IMG/VR virus record: IMGVR_UViG_3300029955_000004
Coordinates: 1-64,000 of that record
From: an uncultured virus (IMG/VR IMGVR_UViG_3300029955_000004)
Lineage: Duplodnaviria > Heunggongvirae > Uroviricota > Caudoviricetes
Direction: 5' to 3' (one strand)
Length of the DNA stretch: 64,000 nucleotides
The notes below the pieces were generated by a model. That model was not told the origin of the DNA, did not search any database, and worked only from the letters and a program-made list of their open reading frames with translations. Numbering within the stretch: the first letter of the stretch is position 1; the number at the start of each line of letters is the position of its first letter. The position numbers and the translations under genes are program-made. Positions 29,201-39,211 of the stretch are shown here, piece after piece.

Positions 29201-32200
29201 TACTTTACTTGGTTTAGGAAAGGCTGGTTTTGGTGCTGCTAAATTCTTAGGTGGAAAAGCTGTTGATTTATTAAACGGAGATGCTGTCAAGACATTAACA
29301 AAAGGCGGTGTTGGTTTAGCTGGTGTTCTTGGTAAGATGTATGGTGGTATGTTTGGTATGGGTTTAAAAGGATTGGGTGGTGCCGGTAAATTTGGAACTG
29401 GGTTATTGGGAAATATGTTAGGATTTAATAAAGGTGGTGGAAATAAGAAGGATCTTGAAGAAATAGTTGGTAGAAGACTAGATACTATTATTGGTATTCT
29501 ACATGGTAGTCATATACCAGTTCCTCCAAATTCTGGAAGAAATAGATTTAATAGAGTTGTTGGTGGAATGCATAATGTTGCTAATTTAAATAAAACAGTT
29601 AGAAATAAACTCAATGCAGTTATGAGAACAACTAGTCAATTAAGACCTAGAGCAGAATCACATATAGAACAGAATGCTGATAGACATCCAGCTCTTATGA
29701 ATATTGTTAGTGCTAATAGTCTTAATCACTATGCTAATATGCAACATACTCCCGCTAATAATGTTGATCATGATAATAATGATGAGCATCACGATAGTAC
29801 AGCAGAGACACTTATCGAATTGGCTATTGGAAATTATTTAAAAGATAAAGCTATAAAAGGTGGTAAATATGTATTTGGTAAAACTGCTACTGGTGCAAAG
29901 TTTATTGGAAAAGGAGTTGGTAAAGGCGTAAGCCTTGCTGCAAAAGGAGTTGGTGCTTCTGCTAAAGTTGCCGGTAAAGGAGCTATGATTGTTGGTAAAG
30001 GTGCTGCAAAAGGAACATCTGCTGTGGTAAAAGGTGTTATTAATGTATTAGGAAAAACTAAGTATGGTAGGATGGTATCAGCTGCTGCATTAACGGCAGG
30101 TGCTGGCTATGCTGCTTATAAAGGTATGAATAGAGCTGATACGAGAGCCAAAGAAGATCAGCGTAGTCTTTATGGATCTGCTGGCGGTGCAGCACGAAAT
30201 GCTGTTGCTACAGATGCTGCGGTTTATGGTGCTGCTGCTGTTGGTAGTAAACTTATTTCTAAAGCTGCTGGCAAACTCGGTATTGACATTGGTGCAAAAT
30301 TAGCTGCTAGAGCTGGTGCTAAGCTTATTCCTGGTGTTGGTCTTGTACTAGGGACGGCTTCTGCTGTCATGCGGGCACGGCGAGGCGATTATCTTGGTTC
30401 TGTATTAGAATTTGCAAGCGGTCTTGTTTCAACTGTTCCTTTCGTTGGTACTGCTATATCGGTTGGTATTGATGGTTATTTAGCATATAGAGATTATAAT
30501 AATTCTTATAAAGTTGCTGATCATTCACAGAAGTTTATTACAAAAGATCGTGTTACTGCATATGGCTTTGATGTGAGATATAAAGAGGATGTTTTACAAC
30601 TAGAACACGATGTTCATGTTGCTATGTCTGAAAAAGGAGCTAAAGTAACTAAAAGTAGATTAAGTTCTTTTGCTAAACTGTTTGGACTACCTGATCTATC
30701 GAAAGATCCTATTGCATATAAATATTTCTTACTGTGGTATAATAATAGATTTGTTAATATCTTTTCAAGATACTGTGCTATTCTAAAATCATTTGGTTTA
30801 CAGTATTCAGTACAAGACGAAGTAGATAAAAACACTATGAATAAAGTTATACCTGAGTTTCAAAAACAAACTGCTAATATTGTTAATCAACATAAATCAC
30901 TTGTATTATCTAAATCTGCGTTTGATAAATATAAAGCCGACTATGAAAAAAGTGAAAAAGATAAACAACAAAAAGATAAAGATAAATTACATCCTAAAAC
31001 TGTACCAAATACTACAACAGATAATAAAGATAATAGTAATTTAAAAGTATTAACGGCTCTAGAAGTTAGTAAACTTAAAACAACACAAGTAAATAAGATA
31101 TCACCAGAACATTTTCCTGATAAAAATAGTAATAGTAATAGTAATAGTAATAAGTCTACTAAAAAAGTCGTAGCTAGTCATGTCATGACACCAGCCGAAG
31201 TTATTGCAAATAGATCAAATAAACTTCATGAAGATTCTCCAAGAGGATTCGATAGAGCAACTAAAACTGTTAAAGAAAATAATCCTAGAGATATTGCTAA
31301 GTTTAATAAGAAAGTTGTTGAAACTTCTGTTGATCAATCTAGTACGGTTTCTAAATATGTAAAAGCTAAAGATGATGAATATGGTCCTCATATGCCTTCT
31401 GGTCCTGCAAATGACAATTCAAAAACTGTTGTTGGTAATGATAATACTGCATTAATAAGTAAAGCCAAAACAGCAGTTGCTGCTCCTTCTACTCCGTCAA
31501 GTCCGGACAGTCTTGGTTCATTAAGTGCTAAATTTGAATCTTCTGCAAAAGGGTCTTCTGCTGTTGGTTATGATAAAGTTGGTGGAACGTCATATGGTAA
31601 GTATCAGATAGCGTCTGCGGTTGGTACATTTAGTGCGTTTATTAAGTTCTTAAAATCTCAACCTGGTAATGGTCCTATTGTTGCACAGCGATTAGAATCT
31701 GCTGGTCGTGCTAATACTGGATCTAAATCCGGTACTGTTCCTGACGAATGGAAAAAAATTGTTAGTGAAGGATTAATGAGTGATTATGAGCATGCATTCA
31801 TTAAGAAAACTATATATGATAAAGCTCTTGATAAAATAAAAGGAAAAGCTAGAGAATACGTCGATAAATTTAAAGCAGTACAACAAGTATTGTGGTCAAC
31901 TGCTGTTGGTAGTGGTGCCGGTGGCGCAGCAAATATATTTAATTCTGTTGGTGAAAAAGCACAAAATGTTTCAGAATTTATTAAAGCTGTTTATGAAAAA
32001 CGTAGTACTAAATATGGTAGTTCTACTGCTGGTGTACAAGCAAGTATGGTAAATAGATTTAAGGATGAATCTAAACTAGCACTTGGTATGATTGGTGGAG
32101 AGGGTGATAGTACTATGCAAGTTGCTAGTGCATCGACTCCTTCTGCTCCTACGACAGATACAAAACAGGCACCCGCTAGTTCTGGTGGTACACAACCGGT

Positions 32201-32735
32201 ACAGACGGCATCTGCTTCTAGCGATTCTTCTGGTATCGCAGGGTCTGGTCCTAGCGTTGGCGAAACACAAGCTAGTCAGTCTATTGCAAAACAATCAATG
32301 CCGAGTTCAAGTGGTGGTAATTCATTAGCTATGAATGCTTTTAATGGTATGGATAATACGGTATCAACATCAAATACTGTTGCACAGAGAAGAGGTGCAG
32401 TTGCTTCAACTGCTGCTAGAAACAGTACGATGTCTGCTAATTCTACTGCCAGAGATATTACAACAACTGCTAATACTGTTGCTGATACTGCAAAAAGTAT
32501 TGCTTCATTGACAAACGTTATGAAAACTGCATTTGGCGTTAAACAAGATGGTACAAGCATAATGCATGATATGCATAAAACATTAGCTACTAATACTAAA
32601 CAACCTCCGATGGTCAATATGCCCATTTCTACACATCAGGATAATCGTACTCAGGTTAGTCATAATGAAGAAAGTGGTAATAAAGATGCTTATGATGGTT
32701 TTGGTATAAACATTCAAAAACAGATGGTGGGGTAA
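26259..32735 (+). CDS. Tape measure / tail-associated lysin (phiKZ gp181-like) with C-terminal peptidoglycan hydrolase domain
   Basis: 2158 aa next to the gp180-like RNAP gene; SLSLQYKQ and FVDVYRKD motifs, Gly/Ala-rich helical repeats, LGSLSAKFES...DKVGGTSYGKYQI lysozyme-like module. Confidence 0.85.
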   Translation: MTDSIFNGLGLSDLKSIDNSSPPSIQKEQIKDINTPVKSPTTNIIDGLDLESDKLDNVMSKINNTFKTKNRVKELSIDLHSIDSNASLQNTSDLHSYILDRKKIATNLNTAFKGSVSKAVSGDNEKTKNTGATVKGEFDLAINTIINEKILLNGFTTLNRININQLQVLKNINKFNTSIFTNYLSQSLSLQYKQTALTKDLLNVTRAVGAIIEGKLDAIKINTSLSIPKKESMIDHIKGSIKKSFYDKIGRTVIDTGYDLGKKHLFDPTLTAVKDISSGRKSVKQVKDELSAHMKKQYDHYSKKTIDLKRHSFDVARRNGGKRTENVLDFLDDSGSYVKNKSMAAYSFTLDKLHEFNESDFKKDIINKYDTTSRRIGVNARNYKRKFDHLHLKDHIEEFMSDMTPDMIKRLANDKKLRDRYFRAKKKHIQDFINKNKTDLGAHYREVEKSLKDKVTCFEQYVDSNEFVHKNQVRYKALKRKIKRTDFKKEITNSKKSIGNRLTNIKNSIFDDNDIHDDITEDYVNSSHSNKSHIANDDIEILKLYINEINNYNRTGSGKIPSDVKKLANELGLIKKQSVKNKVRNLSSRYIPKAASKSEFTRITKNVRSTTTNSYNTAKDKVRDTYNSITEDGVLNKISKLKSGIGNKIPLSEETRDKILSYLPEINALAAGKKIAGVPLDVLEICGEAGILPSKIVSVARLADKAVDKGYLHHSAKGVTKRVLKGQLAYGTGGLGGSSEGNGIYGGGVNIDLNPLKESIDSFHQSFRTFSAASLKVFKSMQTGSGATGNGSGSINTVQEKTRMQKIMGKLKFWKKDNTPNNKPEEIGDIHKLFKAATTVVGGSASVYGKYLKFMGHIPAFGTKVLFGKHENDPFVDVYRKDQRDAGHPLVTKKQLEKGCYFKDGNPVRNVSYIKEPIFDKKGNMLVSEEDIKAGLVDIRGKNIANRKFTISRFGKMADITGMLGSKALGITGSLAKVYGHTLLGLGKAGFGAAKFLGGKAVDLLNGDAVKTLTKGGVGLAGVLGKMYGGMFGMGLKGLGGAGKFGTGLLGNMLGFNKGGGNKKDLEEIVGRRLDTIIGILHGSHIPVPPNSGRNRFNRVVGGMHNVANLNKTVRNKLNAVMRTTSQLRPRAESHIEQNADRHPALMNIVSANSLNHYANMQHTPANNVDHDNNDEHHDSTAETLIELAIGNYLKDKAIKGGKYVFGKTATGAKFIGKGVGKGVSLAAKGVGASAKVAGKGAMIVGKGAAKGTSAVVKGVINVLGKTKYGRMVSAAALTAGAGYAAYKGMNRADTRAKEDQRSLYGSAGGAARNAVATDAAVYGAAAVGSKLISKAAGKLGIDIGAKLAARAGAKLIPGVGLVLGTASAVMRARRGDYLGSVLEFASGLVSTVPFVGTAISVGIDGYLAYRDYNNSYKVADHSQKFITKDRVTAYGFDVRYKEDVLQLEHDVHVAMSEKGAKVTKSRLSSFAKLFGLPDLSKDPIAYKYFLLWYNNRFVNIFSRYCAILKSFGLQYSVQDEVDKNTMNKVIPEFQKQTANIVNQHKSLVLSKSAFDKYKADYEKSEKDKQQKDKDKLHPKTVPNTTTDNKDNSNLKVLTALEVSKLKTTQVNKISPEHFPDKNSNSNSNSNKSTKKVVASHVMTPAEVIANRSNKLHEDSPRGFDRATKTVKENNPRDIAKFNKKVVETSVDQSSTVSKYVKAKDDEYGPHMPSGPANDNSKTVVGNDNTALISKAKTAVAAPSTPSSPDSLGSLSAKFESSAKGSSAVGYDKVGGTSYGKYQIASAVGTFSAFIKFLKSQPGNGPIVAQRLESAGRANTGSKSGTVPDEWKKIVSEGLMSDYEHAFIKKTIYDKALDKIKGKAREYVDKFKAVQQVLWSTAVGSGAGGAANIFNSVGEKAQNVSEFIKAVYEKRSTKYGSSTAGVQASMVNRFKDESKLALGMIGGEGDSTMQVASASTPSAPTTDTKQAPASSGGTQPVQTASASSDSSGIAGSGPSVGETQASQSIAKQSMPSSSGGNSLAMNAFNGMDNTVSTSNTVAQRRGAVASTAARNSTMSANSTARDITTTANTVADTAKSIASLTNVMKTAFGVKQDGTSIMHDMHKTLATNTKQPPMVNMPISTHQDNRTQVSHNEESGNKDAYDGFGINIQKQMVG
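31125..31151 (+). repeat. (AATAGT)x4.5 microsatellite encoding poly-NS
   Basis: AATAGTAATAGTAATAGTAATAGTAAT in a linker of the tape measure gene. Confidence 0.8.
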
Positions 32736-32738
32736 TTC

Positions 32739-34748
32739 ATGACAAGCATAGCCGATAATAATGAAACACTTGTTAGAAATGCATTTATTGTATCATTTTC
32801 AGAAACTGGTGATTTTAATAACTACATAGAAGTTCTTGGTTATGAACTTCAGTCTGATTTAGGAACTGATGGTAGTGGTACGGTTGATAATCCATCAACA
32901 CCTACTGCTGTACAGTCTATGTTAGATTCTCCAAGTGCTGATGGTGCTATTCCTGTATATTTTACAAAGAGAAAATGTAGAGATACTTCTATTGGTGGAA
33001 ATGATGCTATTAACTGTTTACCACAATTTTGTAATAACGATGATATTCCATATGATTTAACATCGAGTAATGCAACTGGTGGTTATTTAGATGGAAATAA
33101 TTCTAGTGGTATAGGTCAAATGGGCAGAGTTTATAGTCAGATGTATGATGATACAAAACGGATTGCATATTTTACATTTGGTGTTCCTAAATTTAATAAC
33201 GTTGCTGATTTCTATTCAAAAGCAGTTAGTGATAAATTACTTAATTTAATGAATAACGGCGAGTCTAGTGTTACTATTGGTAATCTTGTTGGTACAGTTA
33301 TTGGTACAATTATTAAACTTCCTGCTCTTCCGCTTATCTGGATTTATAATGCTGTCCAAGGCGCTACAAAAACACCTATTACAAAGTACTATGATTTTAA
33401 ATCAACTATGCCTCTGTATTACAGATGTGTCAATTCGTTTCTTATTTCATTAGCAATTAATATGGGTTTGTGTAATGATGGATATTTTACACAAGGAAAT
33501 GCTAAATTAAATTTAGATCAAAATGGTTCACAAACAGAACCGACAAGTACAGCACAAGAAGCTATTGCAGACTCTGTTGCAAGTAGTCTTTCTCCAGGTT
33601 CTGCTACTGATATGCCAGATCTATTTAGAGATTATGGATTTGATATTTTTCAGATCATGTTAAGAAAACATAAGTATGAAGATGTTAATTTTAATATTGG
33701 TAGCATGTCTACAGATCAAGCGTTGCAGAACTTAATGAGTGGTTCGGTTACAACCGAAGATACTAGCGGAACTATCACAGATGATACAAGTACTAGTACT
33801 ACTTCTATTATTGAAGAATTTACAGACGATTTTATTACACAATTCGGATCACAGGTTGTTGGTACTCTTTATGATGCCGCATTATTTGTTGGGTTTAGAG
33901 TAGAAAAAGGCACTGATACATCTGAATCATTTGGTAATCAAACTGGTAAATCAGCTATGGAAGAAAGTGTTAACAGTAGAATAAGTCAAAATAGAGGAAA
34001 TATTTTTAATACCATGGCTGGAAAATTATCTGGTACCGCTTTAGATGGTTTTGTTAAAGCTGGTATTGATGTTGCTAAAGGTGTTGTAGAAGGCGCTGGT
34101 CTTCAGGGTATTGAAAATGTTGTAGCCGGAACTGCTTATATAGACTTTCCTGAAGTTTGGATGAATAGTGATTTTAGCAGAAGTTATAGTTTAAATCTGT
34201 CATTAAGATCTCCTTATGGAGATCCTTACTCACTGATGCAGAATCTTTATATTCCATATGCTATGTTGTTTTGTGCTGCTGTTCCTAGGTCGGCTGGTCA
34301 GGCTGCATATACATCACCTTTCTTATGTCGTGTTTATTGTCGTGGTATGTTTTCTATTCCATTGGGTATTATATCTTCTATGCATGTAAAACGCGGTGCT
34401 GATCAATATGGATGGACATATGGTGGATTACCAACATGTCTTGATATTAGTATGGATTTAAAAGATCTATCTCCCGCTCTGTATGTTGCTATTGGTGGTG
34501 ATGCAGATGGTATCCCTGATATCTTTGGTGCTAACTCATCATTCCAAGAATATATGGCTACGTTATCTGGTATTGGTTTGAAAGAACGCATGTCTTTCTT
34601 TATTAATATTAGAAAGAAAGCTGAATATATACTAAAGTTACAATCTGCTACTAAGTTATCTCCTTTCTATTGGGGTATGGTCGCTGGTGATTCATTACCA
34701 GGAAGATTGATATCTCGTTTTATTCCATCTCGACTTAATACAAACTAA
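32739..34748 (+). CDS. Virion structural protein (phiKZ gp182-like baseplate hub/tail protein)
   Basis: Follows the gp181-like gene; DTSIGGNDAIN, MGRVYS, FPEVW and LRSPYGD motifs. Confidence 0.75.
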   Translation: MTSIADNNETLVRNAFIVSFSETGDFNNYIEVLGYELQSDLGTDGSGTVDNPSTPTAVQSMLDSPSADGAIPVYFTKRKCRDTSIGGNDAINCLPQFCNNDDIPYDLTSSNATGGYLDGNNSSGIGQMGRVYSQMYDDTKRIAYFTFGVPKFNNVADFYSKAVSDKLLNLMNNGESSVTIGNLVGTVIGTIIKLPALPLIWIYNAVQGATKTPITKYYDFKSTMPLYYRCVNSFLISLAINMGLCNDGYFTQGNAKLNLDQNGSQTEPTSTAQEAIADSVASSLSPGSATDMPDLFRDYGFDIFQIMLRKHKYEDVNFNIGSMSTDQALQNLMSGSVTTEDTSGTITDDTSTSTTSIIEEFTDDFITQFGSQVVGTLYDAALFVGFRVEKGTDTSESFGNQTGKSAMEESVNSRISQNRGNIFNTMAGKLSGTALDGFVKAGIDVAKGVVEGAGLQGIENVVAGTAYIDFPEVWMNSDFSRSYSLNLSLRSPYGDPYSLMQNLYIPYAMLFCAAVPRSAGQAAYTSPFLCRVYCRGMFSIPLGIISSMHVKRGADQYGWTYGGLPTCLDISMDLKDLSPALYVAIGGDADGIPDIFGANSSFQEYMATLSGIGLKERMSFFINIRKKAEYILKLQSATKLSPFYWGMVAGDSLPGRLISRFIPSRLNTN

Positions 34749-34757
34749 GTTTAAATG

Positions 34758-34787
34758 ACATAGAGGGACCACGAGGTCCCTCTATGT
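34758..34787. terminator. Hairpin terminator
   Basis: ACATAGAGGGACC-ACGA-GGTCCCTCTATGT. Confidence 0.75.
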
Positions 34788-34845
34788 TGTTAATCATGTT
34801 TTAAAATTATAGTATAGATTTGGCCCATTTTAAGGGATATCCATC

Positions 34846-36231
34846 ATGGATTTCAAAGAGGCAACAGATTCAGTTTTGTCATATCTATTAGACGTTTGTT
34901 TTAGTAAATTATCAAGTCTTCCTACTTTGGGAAAAGAAGATATTAAAAAGATCATCGATACTCTAATTATTGAAAAGAAAGCTACTATTGCTGTAAATAC
35001 AGATCTTGGTATTTGTGTTACTAGACTTGTTGATTTCGGCAATTGGGATGATTATTGCTATGGTATCGTTGATACGGTTGCTAAAGATATTGCTAAATAT
35101 ATTAGTACTAATTTACATTTCATCAGAAATGATGCTGTTGATATTGCTACTCATATTTCCAATAAAATTGAAAGCAATTTACCAAATGTTGAAGACCCGA
35201 TTATATATGAAAAGAATATTATTGATTGGGGTCGCTTAAATGATGAAAATTTGATGTCTAATGTTTCATTGATTTTAAATAATAGATTCAATATGGAATC
35301 TATTGCCTCCACTGTCGGTTCTTCTGTAATTGCTATTAATAGAATTAAAAATTCTAAGATCAAAACAATCCATACTGATTATATTACTAAAGTTCTTAAA
35401 TCGACAGAGTGTAATGAATTTACCAGTATTCTTACTGATAATATTTCTTTTGCTAGATTTGTCATTGACTTAGCAGATAAGTTAGCACACGCCTTTTATA
35501 GAACTAATCTAAAATCAATTATTGAAAAAATTGATTACTATGAAGATAAAATTATTCATCTTGGTGCCGACAATGAATTTGGGGAATCTGCTCCCGCTCT
35601 CGATGAAAATATTGAAGTCTTAAAAGTTGTTATTATGTTAACTCGTTATGTTCTCAATTACTATCGTAATATCAATAAAGATGTTTTATTCTTTGATAAG
35701 ACCACGATCAATTCTGATGCTTTACATGATGTTGACCACGATGCTGTTGATTTATATTCTATCTTTATCAATAGTAGTAAGTATAATGGACGAGATGTTC
35801 GTTTTGGTGTCACGAAAGATTATGTTAATTCTTCTAAAGAGAATCTTAAAGATATTGTTGAAGCTACACAGAATGAGCGCAATAATAATTTTAAAATCAT
35901 CTATGAGAATAAACAACGTGAATTGTTAATTTATGAGATGAATATGTATTATAAAGACTTGATTGAAAAAGATCCTAGAGCTAATATTCTTATTGATAAA
36001 TTGAATGATTCTATTGGTTTATCGATCAGTCTTTTGAATACAAATTCTCTGGTTGATATTTTGGTCAAATTTGTTATTGAAATGGAAGATAATAAACTTA
36101 TGAAATTGTTATATACTGCCATTAATTATTATATCAACAAATTAGTTGATGTTAAAGAAATCTCTTCTGAAGACATCGCAACAACTTTATATTTGGGAAC
36201 TGGTGATACTATCTTGACTGTTATCGAATAA
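34846..36231 (+). CDS. Hypothetical protein
   Basis: 461-aa helical protein, AAGGGA RBS. Confidence 0.75.
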   Translation: MDFKEATDSVLSYLLDVCFSKLSSLPTLGKEDIKKIIDTLIIEKKATIAVNTDLGICVTRLVDFGNWDDYCYGIVDTVAKDIAKYISTNLHFIRNDAVDIATHISNKIESNLPNVEDPIIYEKNIIDWGRLNDENLMSNVSLILNNRFNMESIASTVGSSVIAINRIKNSKIKTIHTDYITKVLKSTECNEFTSILTDNISFARFVIDLADKLAHAFYRTNLKSIIEKIDYYEDKIIHLGADNEFGESAPALDENIEVLKVVIMLTRYVLNYYRNINKDVLFFDKTTINSDALHDVDHDAVDLYSIFINSSKYNGRDVRFGVTKDYVNSSKENLKDIVEATQNERNNNFKIIYENKQRELLIYEMNMYYKDLIEKDPRANILIDKLNDSIGLSISLLNTNSLVDILVKFVIEMEDNKLMKLLYTAINYYINKLVDVKEISSEDIATTLYLGTGDTILTVIE

Positions 36232-36246
36232 TCTATTTATGACTTG

Positions 36247-36278
36247 ATCACGGGAAGGGCGTAGGCCCTTCCCGTGAT
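36247..36278. terminator. Bidirectional hairpin terminator
   Basis: ATCACGGGAAGGGC-GTAG-GCCCTTCCCGTGAT between convergent genes. Confidence 0.8.
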
Positions 36279-36287
36279 AAGTACATC

Positions 36288-39197
36288 TCAATTTGATAAT
36301 TTAAATGTAATATTAATATTAGGCTCTAACGACAATGTATTTGCAATAGGATCACAAACAAGTTGTAATGGGATAACTGGAATCATATTTGTATTCTGAT
36401 TAAACAAAGTTTGTAGTGAAGTATCGCCGTTGATACCATTAACATCAGCAGATGTAATCTGATCGGGGAATGCATTTTCAATTAATGATTCAATATATGT
36501 CATTGATATAGTTTCTTCTGTAAGAACAACATTTATAATATCGATAACTTTATTCTTAATAACATTCTGACTGGATTCACTATCTATAACAGACATTGTC
36601 ACATAGAGAGTCATATCAAATATCAAGCCAATATCAACAGTTGTTGTTTTACCATTTCCAATATATAAAGTAATATTTCCAATTGAGTTATTAGGAACAA
36701 AGTACAACTCTGTTCTTTCTAACAAACTATTTTGCATAGTTGTAATAGTAGTAAGGTACGAATTGACAACAGAAGATAAATTCGATACAAAGGATATATC
36801 TGTTGTATTATCACTATAAAACAGTCTAATATCAAATAACATTGAAGTGATGTAATATACTAATGTTCTATCGGCCATAACAATAGGATTGCCAAACTCA
36901 TCTAATACTAAATCATTGATATTGTGTTCAATTATTTTATTTCCTGTAGCATCTAGAACAAAGTCTCCACTATTATGAATAATTGTTAATTCAGGAACTC
37001 CATTATTAATTGTATATGTAGGAACCCCAGTACTATCAGTTGCATATACATCATTCTGATAGGTATGATAAACAGTACTGATATATTTTTTATATGTTTG
37101 TGAACTATAAGAAGCATCTGTAATATTAAAGATTGTATTTGATAAATTAGTACCAAAAATAATATCAATAGATTGTTTACTAATACCAATATATTTAGTA
37201 TAAGGACTTATTAATGATCCAGTAATCGTAGAGTCAATAGCTGCTCCAGTGATAACACCAGGAGCTACTAAAAAATAAACTTCAAATGTAGTTTCTAAAT
37301 CTATATAACAATCTGTAGTATCTGTTTGTGTTTGATACAATGTTGTTTCAAAAGTATCGTCATTTTTAATAAGGTATGTTGTTGGAATAGACACTTCATA
37401 AACATACATGGAAGAACCATTTGTAGCAGTCTGTATTCCGCCATATGTTGCATAAGCATACATGCTACTACTATCAGAAGCAACTGTTTTTAAAAGAACA
37501 ACAACATTAGATTGATCAATAGCTGTCATATCTGATGTAGGAATACACCCTAATGTAATATTAAAACCACCAGTACCATTATCTAAATGATTAACGATCA
37601 CATCGACAATAGAGATCTGTGCACTCACATTTGAATTTTCAGCAATGAAATTGATATTATTACATTTAGGAGAAGTAAGATCATAAGAAACTGAAACGGG
37701 ATAATCTTCTGATAAATATGTTACAATATGGAAAGGACATTTTAAAATAGTTTCGTTGTTTAATAATGTTGCCAGGTCAGTTTTTGATAATTTATCTAAA
37801 CCAGAAACATATGTATCTGTTAGTGGGGTTGCGACCATACTTATTTTAGAATATGTATAATACATTGTTGGTAGTATAGTTATTGTATTACTATTAAAGT
37901 TAAGAATAGATTTAATGTCTGAAGTATTTGTTGTATCTATTTGAATATTACCATTAACTAAAGGAACATATGAATTGGCACCACCAGAAATAGTAGCACT
38001 ACCATTAAGAATACGAGATGTGATATTATCAACATATCGTGTTAATGTAAATCCATTCTTAGCAAAGAATGTTTCTAATTCTTCTTCTGTCACAGGGACT
38101 GAATCATCCAGAGCATCTGCATTAATAGCTGCTTTTAACTGATCAAATGTTAATGCACTAGAACCTCCTGTAATAACAGTATCTAATGGAGTTAAACTCA
38201 ATGTTGATAAATTCTTTAAAATAGAAGAATATGAAGTCACATCATAGAAATCTAAGTTAAGATCGATATTACCAGTAGAAGACTCTACTGATGTAATAAC
38301 ATAGTCTAATGATCCTTGTGTTGTATATGTTTCAATTAATATCTTGTTTCCCATAAGTCCACTAGAAAAATAAACTGATGGAATAGTTACAACATAAGAC
38401 GATATGTCTGAATAAATATCAAGCTTAGCTGTAGGAACAGTAACATCATAAACATCTTTTGTTAATGTATATTCAATTTCTTCCCATGCATTATTTGTTC
38501 CAGTATTTGTATAAATCCTAGCAGCATAAAACTGATCAGTATAAGGAATAGACATATTAAAACCTTCAGTATCCGTAATCGTTTTTTGACTGACGGATAC
38601 ATCAAATTGAAAAACAGGGATGTCTATACTAATTAGACTTAATAATGAAAATGAATATGGTCCAATTGTTGTCAAAACATTAGATGATAATGTATAAAGA
38701 GGATTTATAACTGAAGTATCCCAATAAATATTAAATGTGTTTGTAACACTATTGATATCTATATTGATAGGATAATAAATACCAAATGTTAAATTTCCAA
38801 TTGTAAAAATAGTTCCTCTCGGTATAACAACTCTATTGTACTGAGAATTATATTTAATAGCATTACTAATGAGGTAATTTGCATCTAGAGTAACACGTAC
38901 TGTTGTATTAGCAGGTCCTGCTGTAATTTTTACGAAATCGAAGTTACTAACATGATAGAGCAGTTCTTTCATAGTTGTAGCTCTTTGAGCATAATAAACA
39001 TTATTAGCACTTTTGAATAGATTAACTGATTGTGAACACATAGAAGACCCAGCTTCTAATAAATTACAAAAAGCATTATTAGGATCAGCGATATCATATA
39101 TTCCATTTTGTCTATTGGAAATTTCATCTAGAATTTTATAAACCATAGTTCCCGGATTTGCTAATATTTCACTTCCTAATGTAATATCATCAAACAT
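36288..39197 (-). CDS. Virion structural protein, baseplate wedge-like (phiKZ gp87-like)
   Basis: 969 aa; DPNNAFCNLLE, YAQRATT, IPRGTIF, YTTQG and ITGGS...DQLK echo gp6/baseplate-J-type wedge proteins; synteny. Confidence 0.75.
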   Translation of the reverse strand: MFDDITLGSEILANPGTMVYKILDEISNRQNGIYDIADPNNAFCNLLEAGSSMCSQSVNLFKSANNVYYAQRATTMKELLYHVSNFDFVKITAGPANTTVRVTLDANYLISNAIKYNSQYNRVVIPRGTIFTIGNLTFGIYYPINIDINSVTNTFNIYWDTSVINPLYTLSSNVLTTIGPYSFSLLSLISIDIPVFQFDVSVSQKTITDTEGFNMSIPYTDQFYAARIYTNTGTNNAWEEIEYTLTKDVYDVTVPTAKLDIYSDISSYVVTIPSVYFSSGLMGNKILIETYTTQGSLDYVITSVESSTGNIDLNLDFYDVTSYSSILKNLSTLSLTPLDTVITGGSSALTFDQLKAAINADALDDSVPVTEEELETFFAKNGFTLTRYVDNITSRILNGSATISGGANSYVPLVNGNIQIDTTNTSDIKSILNFNSNTITILPTMYYTYSKISMVATPLTDTYVSGLDKLSKTDLATLLNNETILKCPFHIVTYLSEDYPVSVSYDLTSPKCNNINFIAENSNVSAQISIVDVIVNHLDNGTGGFNITLGCIPTSDMTAIDQSNVVVLLKTVASDSSSMYAYATYGGIQTATNGSSMYVYEVSIPTTYLIKNDDTFETTLYQTQTDTTDCYIDLETTFEVYFLVAPGVITGAAIDSTITGSLISPYTKYIGISKQSIDIIFGTNLSNTIFNITDASYSSQTYKKYISTVYHTYQNDVYATDSTGVPTYTINNGVPELTIIHNSGDFVLDATGNKIIEHNINDLVLDEFGNPIVMADRTLVYYITSMLFDIRLFYSDNTTDISFVSNLSSVVNSYLTTITTMQNSLLERTELYFVPNNSIGNITLYIGNGKTTTVDIGLIFDMTLYVTMSVIDSESSQNVIKNKVIDIINVVLTEETISMTYIESLIENAFPDQITSADVNGINGDTSLQTLFNQNTNMIPVIPLQLVCDPIANTLSLEPNINITFKLSN

Positions 39198-39211
39198 CGA
39201 TCTTGTCTCCT

